Notes: generated by a model from the sequence alone, not told the origin. Counted from the stretch's first letter, positions 9,092-19,062 are shown. The stretch is 31,851 nt of DNA from a virus (IMGVR_UViG_3300037631_003378:1-31851); one strand, 5' to 3'. Made by a program: numbers and translations.

Positions 9092-12000
9092 GAGAACGTA
9101 GGGAATTTACCGCAGGTAGAATGAACAAAGGGTCGGATGAAAGAATCGTCCCTGAAAGTCAGTATATCGATGCAATGAATATTAGAGTTAACAGTGCGGG
9201 TGACTCTGGTGAAATAGGTGCTGTACAGAATGTTCAAGGGAGTAAAAGACTCTCAGCGCTGGAGTTTGCAGGAATAAGACTTTCTTTTGATACCGTGTGC
9301 TTGGGTGCTTTTGCAGATGATGCCAATGAAACTATATATTGGTTTGTTCACGATCCGGGGGGTACAAACACAACAGGGGCAACGACGACTGCTGTGGATA
9401 TGATTATCTCATATAACATGAGTACGGATCAATTGCTGTATCACGCCATATCTGTAAGTGTTTTAAATTTTAGTGCCTCTCACTTAATAAATGGCATAAA
9501 TAAGGTTGGAGACTTATTGTTTTTCACAGACGACTTTAACCCACCAAGAAGAATTAATGTAACAAGGAACTATCCTTTCCCATCAGGGTCACCTTTCGCT
9601 GACAACGTTGACGAAGATGATTTTAGTGTGATACAAAAACCACCATCAAGCGCTCCAGTAGTGAGCACGATGAGCACGGGTAGCGAAGAGAATTTTATTG
9701 AAGACAAGTTTATATGTTTCGCTTACAGATTTAGATACAAGGATGGGGAGTATAGTGCATTGTCTCAGTTTAGTGAAGTGGCATTTGAGAGCAATAAGTT
9801 TAGCTTTGACAGGGGAACGTATGACAACGATGGGTGTACGAACAAGCACAATGCAGTAGATGTAACCTTTAACACGGGCACTGAAAATGTTAGCGACATA
9901 CAATTATGCTTTAAGATAAGCGGCACTAACACTATTCATGTAGTTCAAAACTATGACAAGGTTGAATTTGGACTTGCGGACAATATTGACCACACCATAG
10001 TTTTTGACAACAGCAAGATATACACGGCAATTCCAGACAGCCAGCTTCTACGGATGTTTGACAATGTCCCTAGGCTCGCAAAGGCTCAAACCGTTATTGG
10101 GGGAAGGTTAGTGTATGGTAACTATGTGGATGGCTTTGACTTAGTTGATAGTGATGGAGCTAAAATAAAAATGACCTACACTGCTGAACGAAGAGAGCTG
10201 GATTTAGGAGTAACCAAAACTCAAGCGGATTCAGAAATTTCTTTTTCAAATCTAGACTACAACATTAGTGGAGGGGCAGTGACCGTAGACAATGCTCAAG
10301 CAAGTATTGATTTTTCAAATCAAAATTTAAACCAAGGTGCTTCTTTTAGGTTACTATTTAATTTTTCTAGAGAGGCTTCTTCGACCTATGTGCCAACATC
10401 TTCTGAGTTAAGTACATTTTCTTATGAAATGTTTTTTAAACTGCCCAAAGATTACAGCTCAGTATATGACTTATTTAATAGTCCTGAGTTTAAAAACGCA
10501 TTGGGTTTTGATATAACTTCTCAGGGCTATACTAACATAGCCAATATAGACACCTCCAAGTCTGTAACAGATAACAATTCTTGCAATGCAACTGGAAAAT
10601 TTACAGAGCAATATATGTGTGCTTACGAAGGTACTAGGAGTAGGCCAAGCATGTCTATAATTGCAAACGGGATTGAGGCCATTGGGACAAGTATAAGTAG
10701 TCTCGTTGAAACAAGACAGATACAGGTTACCCCTACGCTAGGTAACAATAGTGTAACGTTCAAGTTTCCAGCGTTTAAGTTGAACCACTCTAGCACCGAT
10801 TTTTACGAATACTTTAGTATTGCTAGTATGGATTATGTGGCTTTACCTCCTGACGCAGGACAAAAGTCGCTTCATAGTAATAGGGATTACGAGGTAGGAA
10901 TAGTTTATATGGATGAATACAATAGATCGTCTACTGTTCTTACATCTCAAAACAACAATTTTTTCATTTCGGCAGGGAATAATAACGAAATAAATGGAAC
11001 TAGGGTAAGAATACCTGTGACCCAAAAGCCGCCGACTTGGGCTAGCAAGTATAAGTTCTTTATGAAGAGTTCGGGCGGGGACTACGACACCATATATAGT
11101 GACATCGTATTTATAGACGATGCTAATGGAACGGCTTACTTTAGACTAGAGGGTGACAACAAGCAGAAAATGAAGGAGGGGGACAGGTTGATTGTAAAAT
11201 CAGATTCTGCTGGAGCTGTCGATAATTTGATAGAATGCACTGTGCTAGGCGTTGAATCTTTTGAAGAAGACGGACTTCCTGTACCTGCAAGCAGCCCATC
11301 GGGTCTTTATATGTCTATTAAGCCTGACGGTGATTTTGATGTAAGTAGTGGAGTTTCTACCTTAAAGATAATTGACCCTGATGCTGTAAAAACAAAAAGG
11401 AATAAGCAACCAGTATTGGCATTTGAGCTATTTGATACTGGAGGAGCAGATATAGCAATTACCGCAGGAAGTATTATATCTATGAAAATAAAACATCATA
11501 GAGATGGTACAAAAGGGAATTGTGATGGATTTTTTGATGAGTACATAATGGATGACTTTGTTGCTCAGTCTGATTATGCAAACTTTAAAGACTTTTTTGA
11601 TAATCACTTGGGAGGTTTGGATTTTGATAGATTCAAAATTGATAGTGGCGATATTTCTTTAGATAGTCACTACGACCCCTCGATAGGGGACTCAATAAAT
11701 GATGGAGGGTCTAACAATATATTTGGAAGCGACCCTAACGGCAAGCATGAATTTCAATTTGTAAGGCAATCTAATGGCGGGTTAGAGCTACACACTCGTG
11801 CTGGTAGAAGGGGTTGTGCTGGACGCAAGAAAGCAAAAAGCAACGGAATAATAAAAATTCAACAGTCTAATGGTACTTTTATATTTGAAACTAAGGCTCT
11901 TGAATTAAATAACGATATATACTTTGAGGGCAATCAAACATTTGACGTAGGCGTTGACGGGGCTAGCAAGAGAATTCACAAGGGTAACACACAAGATCAA

Positions 12001-14964
12001 AATACAGCGACAAGTGCTGATGCCATATGTGACCTTAACTTCTTTAACTGCATAATGTTCTCTAATGGTGCTGAGTCTATGCGCATAAGGGACAGGATAA
12101 CAGACAACAAAATAACGCTAGGTGAAAGGGTTATGACTGTTGCAGAGAAAGAGTTTAAAGAGATAGACAGATTCGCATCCCTAACTTATAGTGGCGTTTT
12201 TATAGAGGAAACTGGATTAAACAAATTAAACGAGTTTAACTTAGGCGTTGCTAATTTTCAAGACCTAGACAAGTCTTTGGGCGAAGTTATGGTGATACAA
12301 GATATAGGTAACGACCTTTTAATACTACAAGAGGATCGGGTTTCTTATTGTCTTATTGATAAAACTTTGGTAACAACATCTTCGGGCAATGTTGCATTAA
12401 ATGCTGAGTCAGATATTTTTTTAGGAACTCAGGTTGCTAGATTGGAGGAGTTTGGGATAAGCAGAAATCCTGAAAGTTTTGCTAGGCACGGAATGGATTA
12501 TTTCTTTGCAGATACAAAAAGAGGTGCGGTTATAAGGTTAGCAGGGTCATCGGTAAGGGATATGGAAATGCTTGAGGTTTCTAAGATTGGATTGAGGTCA
12601 TTCTTTAGAGACAACCTAAAAGAAAATATAAACAAACAGCATATAGGAGCTTTCGATGAAGACTCAGACGAATACGTTTTAACATCTACCGACACATCAC
12701 TCCCAGCTGTAAATGTCATAGAGCCTTGTGATATTATAATACAGAGGGAAATAACAACAAGTAGGGCAGGGGACACAATAAACACAACGGTAGATTTAGG
12801 GGATGCGGTAGGCCCAGTTACTGTTGAAGTCAACATATCTGATTTGGCTCAGTTTGTATCTGAGGGTTCTAGTACAGCAAACCCTAATCAAAAAACATCG
12901 GGCACGACTACATCGTCTTCAGCAAACAAGTTAATAGACAGTAACGCTAAGTTTGTAGCAACAGTTACGGTTAACGACCAAGTTAGAATGACTGATGGTG
13001 CTGGTCTTGCTACCATATCTAGTATTGACTCGGATACACAACTCACATTAAGCTCCGACATATCATTGTCAGGTAGACGATATGAGGTTTATGCTTTTGC
13101 TGAAGGAAGAAAACTTATAGATACAAATGCCACGTTCGCTACGGATGGAGTTGCTCTTAATGATGTTATTGTAAATAAAACAACAGGGGCGGTTGGCAGT
13201 GTTAAGTCTGTTACGTCTGAGACAGAACTAATTCAAAATGCAGGGGGTGTCCTTAAATTAGGAGACGAATATTTAATTAAAAAAAGTTCTACGGGCTCTA
13301 TTACGCCAACCATAACTTGGAATGGGTCAACTCAGGGAGGTAGTGGAAGTGCGAAATCATCAACGTCTTCGTTTGCCTTTACTAAGAGTGCCTCCAAGCC
13401 GAGCACTATGGACTTGTCTATATTGTTCCCCGCAAAGGTTATGGGTAATTTTGTTGTGAAAGCACCTTGCCCTGAACCTACTAGGTTAAATGTTGTTTAT
13501 GTTGTCCTTAATAGCAACGAAAGTGATGACCAACAAGTTGGATATGCATTCTCAAGAATAGAAAGCGGAGGTTACTCAGACTTAGAAGGGGGGCAGTTTG
13601 TTTTAGGAACAGGAACAGACGCTACTGTCGTGAGTAGTTTTATTCAGAAGGCAGGATTGCCTGGAGAGGGTGTTATACCCGTCAGTGGTGATACAATAAG
13701 AATGGCTGCGTTTAATAATGGGTCGTTTGTTTTAGATGATATGACTGCTGCTGACCCTGTCCATAGGTTTAGAATACTTGAGACCTCTACGCAGTATACG
13801 GCATCTCAGATTCAAACAATACTAGCTAACTCTGAATTAAAGCCCCCGACATCTATTTCTGCTAACAGTGCAGGCGACGGGTACTTTGCTAACTTTAATT
13901 ATGTAAGGGAGAGTGGGGAAAACTACTTGTATCTAATATGGGATTTAAGGAATGTAAACAGACCAGCTGATTTTAGTGTGGTTTCTCCTGCAAGTTCATT
14001 TGATGACAACCTAAATACTGTCTGTTGCACCACAGGAAGCACACAATTATATATTGATGCGGATGACCCATTGAAAGTAAATGGAGTATTTACGGATAGA
14101 GACTTGGCCAACATCGCAAACGATGGTCTGTACAGTAGGGGCAATGGAGTGGCTTATCATATAAATGGAGGTCAATTGTCTGAAATAGTTGACTGCCCTA
14201 CGTGCGCTACGGCTTGTGCTACGTCAGCGTCAACTCCATTTGTGCCAGCTCAGGTTGTTTCAAACCAAGAGTTATATAGGTTGCCTGTGGAGCTTGGAAG
14301 CGCAACGGGTGCTGTTACTATCAGGATAAAGCCTAATGTTGACTTGTCTGGAGCTTTGTCGGCTACAGATCACGCAGGAATGATGATAGCTAGCTTGGGA
14401 GCAAATACGTTTAACTCATACACTTCGTCTGTGCTTGGGTTTGTTCAAAAGTTTTGGTCTCACAATGGCAAGATTGCGCCACTACCTTCTTCGGGTTCTG
14501 CTTCAGTTCCGTTTACGGTTAGAGATTTTAATGGTTCTTCTTACACGAACGATGGGGTTCAAAGTGTATTGGTAGACACCTCTGAGGTTACTGCCGCTAC
14601 AAATGTGGCCGAGTATGTAATGATTGTTCCAAAGACATCAGCATCTCCATCCAGGCTGTTGCTAAACTTCTTCTGTGTTAAGGCAAATCTGTTCCAAATA
14701 ACCGCAAGCTGTGCTACCGCACTGCCGTCATTCACTGGGTTCTTCAATGCGTCAAGTTCTGTTACAGCGTGTGCAGGAACACCTGCGACAACATTTTACC
14801 ACTCAACATTTAGCGGTGGGTCTGGAGGTACACCTGTTCTACACGATATTATATTTACTAATTCTAATGGCTCAACAAGAGCATCAGCAGGGTTTTACAA
14901 GGTGGGTACTGATGTATTGACTGTTGATTCTAATGGAGTCGTAACAAATAAAGCATCATGCTAA
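9088..14964 (+). CDS. Tail stabilization / muzzle (nozzle)-like protein with C-terminal accessory domains (1958 aa)
   Basis: ATGA overlap. Starts 'F..GRMNK..DER..P..QY.DAMN'; contains 'LLFFTDDFNPPRRIN', 'FAYRFRY.DGEYSA.S.FS', 'RLVYGNY..G', 'YEVGIVYMDEYNRSS' and 'EFGISRNPESFA....FFAD.KRG.V.RL', typical of P22 gp10-like beta-propeller stabilization proteins of Bacteroidota podoviruses. Confidence 0.8.
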   Translation: MRERREFTAGRMNKGSDERIVPESQYIDAMNIRVNSAGDSGEIGAVQNVQGSKRLSALEFAGIRLSFDTVCLGAFADDANETIYWFVHDPGGTNTTGATTTAVDMIISYNMSTDQLLYHAISVSVLNFSASHLINGINKVGDLLFFTDDFNPPRRINVTRNYPFPSGSPFADNVDEDDFSVIQKPPSSAPVVSTMSTGSEENFIEDKFICFAYRFRYKDGEYSALSQFSEVAFESNKFSFDRGTYDNDGCTNKHNAVDVTFNTGTENVSDIQLCFKISGTNTIHVVQNYDKVEFGLADNIDHTIVFDNSKIYTAIPDSQLLRMFDNVPRLAKAQTVIGGRLVYGNYVDGFDLVDSDGAKIKMTYTAERRELDLGVTKTQADSEISFSNLDYNISGGAVTVDNAQASIDFSNQNLNQGASFRLLFNFSREASSTYVPTSSELSTFSYEMFFKLPKDYSSVYDLFNSPEFKNALGFDITSQGYTNIANIDTSKSVTDNNSCNATGKFTEQYMCAYEGTRSRPSMSIIANGIEAIGTSISSLVETRQIQVTPTLGNNSVTFKFPAFKLNHSSTDFYEYFSIASMDYVALPPDAGQKSLHSNRDYEVGIVYMDEYNRSSTVLTSQNNNFFISAGNNNEINGTRVRIPVTQKPPTWASKYKFFMKSSGGDYDTIYSDIVFIDDANGTAYFRLEGDNKQKMKEGDRLIVKSDSAGAVDNLIECTVLGVESFEEDGLPVPASSPSGLYMSIKPDGDFDVSSGVSTLKIIDPDAVKTKRNKQPVLAFELFDTGGADIAITAGSIISMKIKHHRDGTKGNCDGFFDEYIMDDFVAQSDYANFKDFFDNHLGGLDFDRFKIDSGDISLDSHYDPSIGDSINDGGSNNIFGSDPNGKHEFQFVRQSNGGLELHTRAGRRGCAGRKKAKSNGIIKIQQSNGTFIFETKALELNNDIYFEGNQTFDVGVDGASKRIHKGNTQDQNTATSADAICDLNFFNCIMFSNGAESMRIRDRITDNKITLGERVMTVAEKEFKEIDRFASLTYSGVFIEETGLNKLNEFNLGVANFQDLDKSLGEVMVIQDIGNDLLILQEDRVSYCLIDKTLVTTSSGNVALNAESDIFLGTQVARLEEFGISRNPESFARHGMDYFFADTKRGAVIRLAGSSVRDMEMLEVSKIGLRSFFRDNLKENINKQHIGAFDEDSDEYVLTSTDTSLPAVNVIEPCDIIIQREITTSRAGDTINTTVDLGDAVGPVTVEVNISDLAQFVSEGSSTANPNQKTSGTTTSSSANKLIDSNAKFVATVTVNDQVRMTDGAGLATISSIDSDTQLTLSSDISLSGRRYEVYAFAEGRKLIDTNATFATDGVALNDVIVNKTTGAVGSVKSVTSETELIQNAGGVLKLGDEYLIKKSSTGSITPTITWNGSTQGGSGSAKSSTSSFAFTKSASKPSTMDLSILFPAKVMGNFVVKAPCPEPTRLNVVYVVLNSNESDDQQVGYAFSRIESGGYSDLEGGQFVLGTGTDATVVSSFIQKAGLPGEGVIPVSGDTIRMAAFNNGSFVLDDMTAADPVHRFRILETSTQYTASQIQTILANSELKPPTSISANSAGDGYFANFNYVRESGENYLYLIWDLRNVNRPADFSVVSPASSFDDNLNTVCCTTGSTQLYIDADDPLKVNGVFTDRDLANIANDGLYSRGNGVAYHINGGQLSEIVDCPTCATACATSASTPFVPAQVVSNQELYRLPVELGSATGAVTIRIKPNVDLSGALSATDHAGMMIASLGANTFNSYTSSVLGFVQKFWSHNGKIAPLPSSGSASVPFTVRDFNGSSYTNDGVQSVLVDTSEVTAATNVAEYVMIVPKTSASPSRLLLNFFCVKANLFQITASCATALPSFTGFFNASSSVTACAGTPATTFYHSTFSGGSGGTPVLHDIIFTNSNGSTRASAGFYKVGTDVLTVDSNGVVTNKASC

Positions 14965-15836
14965 TAAGAAAAGGAGATAAGGGAGAAGAAGTAAGACAGA
15001 TTCAGCAAGAACTCGATATTGAGGCTGATGGTGTTTTTGGTCCTGTAACTGAGTCTGCTGTGATGAGGTTTCAGGTTGAATCGCATCTAGAGGTAGATGG
15101 CATAGTAGGTCCTAAGACTTGGGCTGTAATGTTTGGCTTGACCACAGACATTCAAGAGTCACTAGACAGTCAACACGGAATTGTTATTAACCATCATATG
15201 CTACCTAAGCGTCAATACCTTAGAGGTCCAACTAAAAAGGAATGGCTGTTCTTACACCACACGGCAGGATGGCATAACCCGTATCGCACCGTTGACCATT
15301 GGGGTAGAGATAGCAGGGGCAGAATTGCAACTGAGTTTGTTTTGGGTGGGCCATCTATATTTAACGATGAGTTCAAGTACGACGGTGAGATTGTCAAGTG
15401 TATACCTGATGGAGGATATGCTTGGCATTTAGGAAGTAACGGATTCCAAGAGATGCATACAAATAGTGTGGGCATAGAGGTGTGTAACTTCGGATACCTA
15501 AAGGATGGGAAAACTTATGCTGGGCACACTGTGCATCCAGATCATTCCGTTGAGCTAGCAAAAGAGTTCAAGGGGTATAAGAATTGGCATAGATACTCTG
15601 ACGCTCAGATTGAGTCTTTGCGTAAGCTAATATTGTTTATTGCAGACAGGGATAATATAAACGTCAGGGAGGGTCTTCCTGCCCTTATAAAGGAAAAGGG
15701 AGCCAATGCCTTCGAATGGAACAGAGAGGCTTACTATGGGCACGTTAGGGGCCTTCTATCGCATTCCAACACTAACAAGGGCAAGAGCGATATGTTCCCA
15801 CAGGAAGAATTATTAACTATGTTAACAGAACTATAA
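14958..15836 (+). CDS. N-acetylmuramoyl-L-alanine amidase (Amidase_2 type) with N-terminal peptidoglycan-binding domain (292 aa)
   Basis: PG_binding_1 signature (G.KGEEVRQIQ..L....DGVFGP.T..AV..FQ....L.VDGIVGPKTW). Amidase motifs LHHTAG, NSVGIEVCN, YSDAQIESL..L and SH.....KSD (Zn ligands H/H/D). Confidence 0.9.
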   Translation: MLIRKGDKGEEVRQIQQELDIEADGVFGPVTESAVMRFQVESHLEVDGIVGPKTWAVMFGLTTDIQESLDSQHGIVINHHMLPKRQYLRGPTKKEWLFLHHTAGWHNPYRTVDHWGRDSRGRIATEFVLGGPSIFNDEFKYDGEIVKCIPDGGYAWHLGSNGFQEMHTNSVGIEVCNFGYLKDGKTYAGHTVHPDHSVELAKEFKGYKNWHRYSDAQIESLRKLILFIADRDNINVREGLPALIKEKGANAFEWNREAYYGHVRGLLSHSNTNKGKSDMFPQEELLTMLTEL

Positions 15837-16642
15837 TGGCGTACACAATAACATATAGCCCTAATTTACCCAAAGGGGGAGGGTGGCCTTCATTTTACGG
15901 ATACCATCCTGAGATGATGGTTGGAATGAATAGTGATTTCTTTTCTTTCAAGAATGGCAACATTAACATACACAACTCAAACGACAATGGTAGGGCTAGG
16001 TTTTATTCAGAAGAATCTACTGATGGAGATACATCTATAGTTGTCTTTACGACTCCTTTTATTGAAACCGTTTTTAATGAAAACCCAGTCGAGGCAAAAG
16101 TATACAAAGCGCTTAAAGTTAGTGGGAACAGCTCCTCTATATCATCCACAATGAGCACTGATATGCATAGCGGGAATATAAGTTCTTTTGAGAAGAAGGA
16201 GGACTCATACTATTCTTTTATAAATATGCCAATTACAGATACCGAAACCGACATGCGTTTTTCTCAAGGTATAGGTGTTTGCAATTCTAATACTGCAGCA
16301 AATAGTATACAATTTGACCTGCCAAGTATAAATACTATGATTTCTATTGGAGATAGAGTATTAAGTGCAGGGCCTCTTAACAACAACATTGCTAATACAC
16401 CCCCAGTCTTTTTGGGAACTATCACAGCCATCACTAGCACGGACACAACAACAACAATAACAACCACAGGTGGATCAACCGCAAGCACCAATGACTTTGT
16501 ATACGCAGTGCCAAATCCTTTAACTAGTGACGAGTCTCACGGCCTAACAGGGCACTATATGATTACTAAGATAAATATGAATTCTTCAAGCCTTGTCGAG
16601 TTGTACGCTGTAGATGCAGACAAAATGAAAAGTTATCCGTAA
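15836..16642 (+). CDS. Tail protein resembling the C-terminal part of stabilization/muzzle proteins (268 aa)
   Basis: TAATG coupling. 'TITYS.....GWPSFYGYHPE......FFSFKNGNI..HN', 'VFNENP...KVYKAL', 'FEKKE..YYSFI' and 'GL.GHYM..K......ELYAV' match my recollection of stabilization-protein C-termini. Confidence 0.6.
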   Translation: MAYTITYSPNLPKGGGWPSFYGYHPEMMVGMNSDFFSFKNGNINIHNSNDNGRARFYSEESTDGDTSIVVFTTPFIETVFNENPVEAKVYKALKVSGNSSSISSTMSTDMHSGNISSFEKKEDSYYSFINMPITDTETDMRFSQGIGVCNSNTAANSIQFDLPSINTMISIGDRVLSAGPLNNNIANTPPVFLGTITAITSTDTTTTITTTGGSTASTNDFVYAVPNPLTSDESHGLTGHYMITKINMNSSSLVELYAVDADKMKSYP

Positions 16643-16686
16643 CTTAGGGGCATTGCAATGATTGCAATTCACAAAATATAACATAT

Positions 16687-17496
16687 ATGCCCATATTAGC
16701 AACCATAGGCGCTATAGCAGCTGGAGTAAGCGCAGCCGCCTCAGTAGGATCAGCAGCAGGTGCGGGTGTTCAGGCAAAGAAGTTTCGGAATAAAGAAGCC
16801 GCAAACAGAAAAGCCACGGCAAGAACCATAGCAACCAGAAAAAATCTTTTAACTAGAAATGTCATGGAGGAGCAAAGAGTTAGGTCTCGTGCTTTCGATA
16901 TGTTACTTGCTAGAGGAGAGGCAGGTAAAGCCTTAGGTGTCCAATCCGTTCAGGAGATGGGTCAAAGAGGTGCATTAGCAGGAGTGGGGTCTGTTGTTCA
17001 AAAATTTACTGATTCAGATCAAAATATATTAATGAGGTTGGATGAGGCGCTTCAAAACCAACAAACAAGAGAGTTAGCTCAAGAGCAGAAGAACTTAGAT
17101 GAGATGGGAAGAATTATGGAGGCAGAAGCTCAAGGTAGTGCAGCGGCGGCCCAACAAGCTGGGCAAGATAGAGCAGGAGCCTTGAACCAAATGGTATCAG
17201 CAATTGGAAGCGCAGCCGCTAGTGCAGCAAAACTTGAACCCCTAGTCCCAACAACAAAAAGCGAAACAAAAGGGTTTGAATTATTTCAGGCAATAGGAGG
17301 GAATCAAGACGCAATAGATTTAGTTTCAAAAGAATTTGGAGGTGCTGCAGGTCTTACTGGAGCAGGGGCAATGGGATTCTTCCAATCACTACCTGCTTCA
17401 GATTTAACAAGTATAATGGAAGGTAGAGAGTATGGTGGTATTGGTGCACTAGATTTTGACGCTTTGAAACTTTACGGAACTAACGCTAACGATTAA
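16687..17496 (+). CDS. Probable internal virion / ejection protein 1 (269 aa)
   Basis: Hydrophobic Ala/Gly-rich N-terminus followed by a basic patch and Q/A-rich coiled coil. First of a small-medium-giant gene triplet after the tail genes, as in podovirus ejectosomes. Confidence 0.6.
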   Translation: MPILATIGAIAAGVSAAASVGSAAGAGVQAKKFRNKEAANRKATARTIATRKNLLTRNVMEEQRVRSRAFDMLLARGEAGKALGVQSVQEMGQRGALAGVGSVVQKFTDSDQNILMRLDEALQNQQTRELAQEQKNLDEMGRIMEAEAQGSAAAAQQAGQDRAGALNQMVSAIGSAAASAAKLEPLVPTTKSETKGFELFQAIGGNQDAIDLVSKEFGGAAGLTGAGAMGFFQSLPASDLTSIMEGREYGGIGALDFDALKLYGTNAND

Positions 17497-17505
17497 AACA
17501 TAGGC

Positions 17506-19062
17506 ATGTCTAAATATTTTGGATTCAAACCAAATGAGGGGTACAACAGGGTTATAGACTTTAAGACTATTAGGTCGGATATTGACGCCCAGTTAAACAA
17601 TATAACGAAAGAGAAGGAGGAGAAAAGAGAGGAGATAAGAAAAGCCACGAATGACTTGGCTACTCAGCTAGAAGATAGGTCAGGGTTCGGGGCACATGAT
17701 GAGTTAAATAGAGGGTTACACGACATAGCAGACCAAATAAAGTTTAACAAACTATATATGTACGAGCAGGCCAAGGCAGGGCAAGTAAATTGGTCTACTT
17801 ACAACAAATACTCTCAAGACACTAAAGCTGGGTTAGCAAGTGTTCAAACAATGATGGCTGCTCTTCAAACAAGAGCCGAGTTAGTACTAACCGACGAAAC
17901 ATCGCTTGGGGCAGAGGCACATCTTTTAGATGACAAGCTAGGGTCAGGTGGGTTTTTTAAAGAAAACAAATTATATCAAGCACCGGGTGTAGCTGGCATT
18001 TTATTCGTTGGAACTGACGAAGAGGGGAATATTGTATATGACGAAAATGGTGAAATAAAAGATGCTATGGCTCCTGCTGAAATGGTTGCTTACGACAGGG
18101 AGGTTGGTAAAAAAGAAGATTTTGAAACTGAAATTGTAAACAGAGTAAACACCTATGCTCTTAATATAAATAACAATCCAAGCGCAGTGAGCCAAGTTGT
18201 TAGCCAAGTTCACGTAGATATAGAGGACGATATCGATGCAATGAGCCCTAAGCAGGTTAGCGACTATTTAGACCAATACGGTGGTGACACAAAATTCGAT
18301 TATGGAACTAAGCAAGAGGCTGAAGAATCTATAATGCAATACAACAATTTAACTAAAGAAATATTTGAACTTTCATCTCAAATAAAAACGGGAGAAAAAT
18401 TAGATGGCTCTGACTTGAGTGATGAAGAAAAGGCAAATATGGAAAATAGAATAGGGAGTCTTCAAAATCAGCTAGATAAACATAAATTATTTATGTTCAT
18501 TGAGGAGGGCAAAAATGGAGCCGTAATAGATTATGAAGTTTCACAAGCTCATAGAACTATGATGAGCGAGCTTATGACTACAGATTACTATGCAAGAATA
18601 GGGTCAACCACGCAGGCCAAACTCGTGTCACAAGGAAGAACAGCAGAGGAGAAGAAGTATGCAGGATACGCTCACTCTATATCTCAAGGTGTGCAGTCAT
18701 TAGCAAGCGCATCAACGAACGCAGAATTAGCGCAAGCCATAGGTCGATTAAAATCATCTATGACGGGTCAAATTTCTGGGCTTGAATCTCTTGCTTTTAG
18801 TGTAGATGAATATTCCCCTCTTCCTTTAGGTGATGGGACGTTAAAAGTATCTGTTCTACTTAATGGAACGGTTCATGCTTTTGATATAGCGAACGAAAGT
18901 GAGGCGAATGACCTTGCAAAGGGGCTTATTGACCTTGGAGGCGCACATAGCTACCGAAGAACCGCTAACGAATACGAATATTCATTTGATCCTGTTGTAG
19001 GTGCTGACCCTGATTTTAGGGGCGACATACTCCCCGGTACACCCATCGGTCCAGGTAAATAA
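17506..19062 (+). CDS. Probable internal virion / ejection protein 2 (518 aa)
   Basis: Largely helical with an N-terminal coiled coil; middle gene of the triplet. No catalytic motif recognised. Confidence 0.5.
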   Translation: MSKYFGFKPNEGYNRVIDFKTIRSDIDAQLNNITKEKEEKREEIRKATNDLATQLEDRSGFGAHDELNRGLHDIADQIKFNKLYMYEQAKAGQVNWSTYNKYSQDTKAGLASVQTMMAALQTRAELVLTDETSLGAEAHLLDDKLGSGGFFKENKLYQAPGVAGILFVGTDEEGNIVYDENGEIKDAMAPAEMVAYDREVGKKEDFETEIVNRVNTYALNINNNPSAVSQVVSQVHVDIEDDIDAMSPKQVSDYLDQYGGDTKFDYGTKQEAEESIMQYNNLTKEIFELSSQIKTGEKLDGSDLSDEEKANMENRIGSLQNQLDKHKLFMFIEEGKNGAVIDYEVSQAHRTMMSELMTTDYYARIGSTTQAKLVSQGRTAEEKKYAGYAHSISQGVQSLASASTNAELAQAIGRLKSSMTGQISGLESLAFSVDEYSPLPLGDGTLKVSVLLNGTVHAFDIANESEANDLAKGLIDLGGAHSYRRTANEYEYSFDPVVGADPDFRGDILPGTPIGPGK

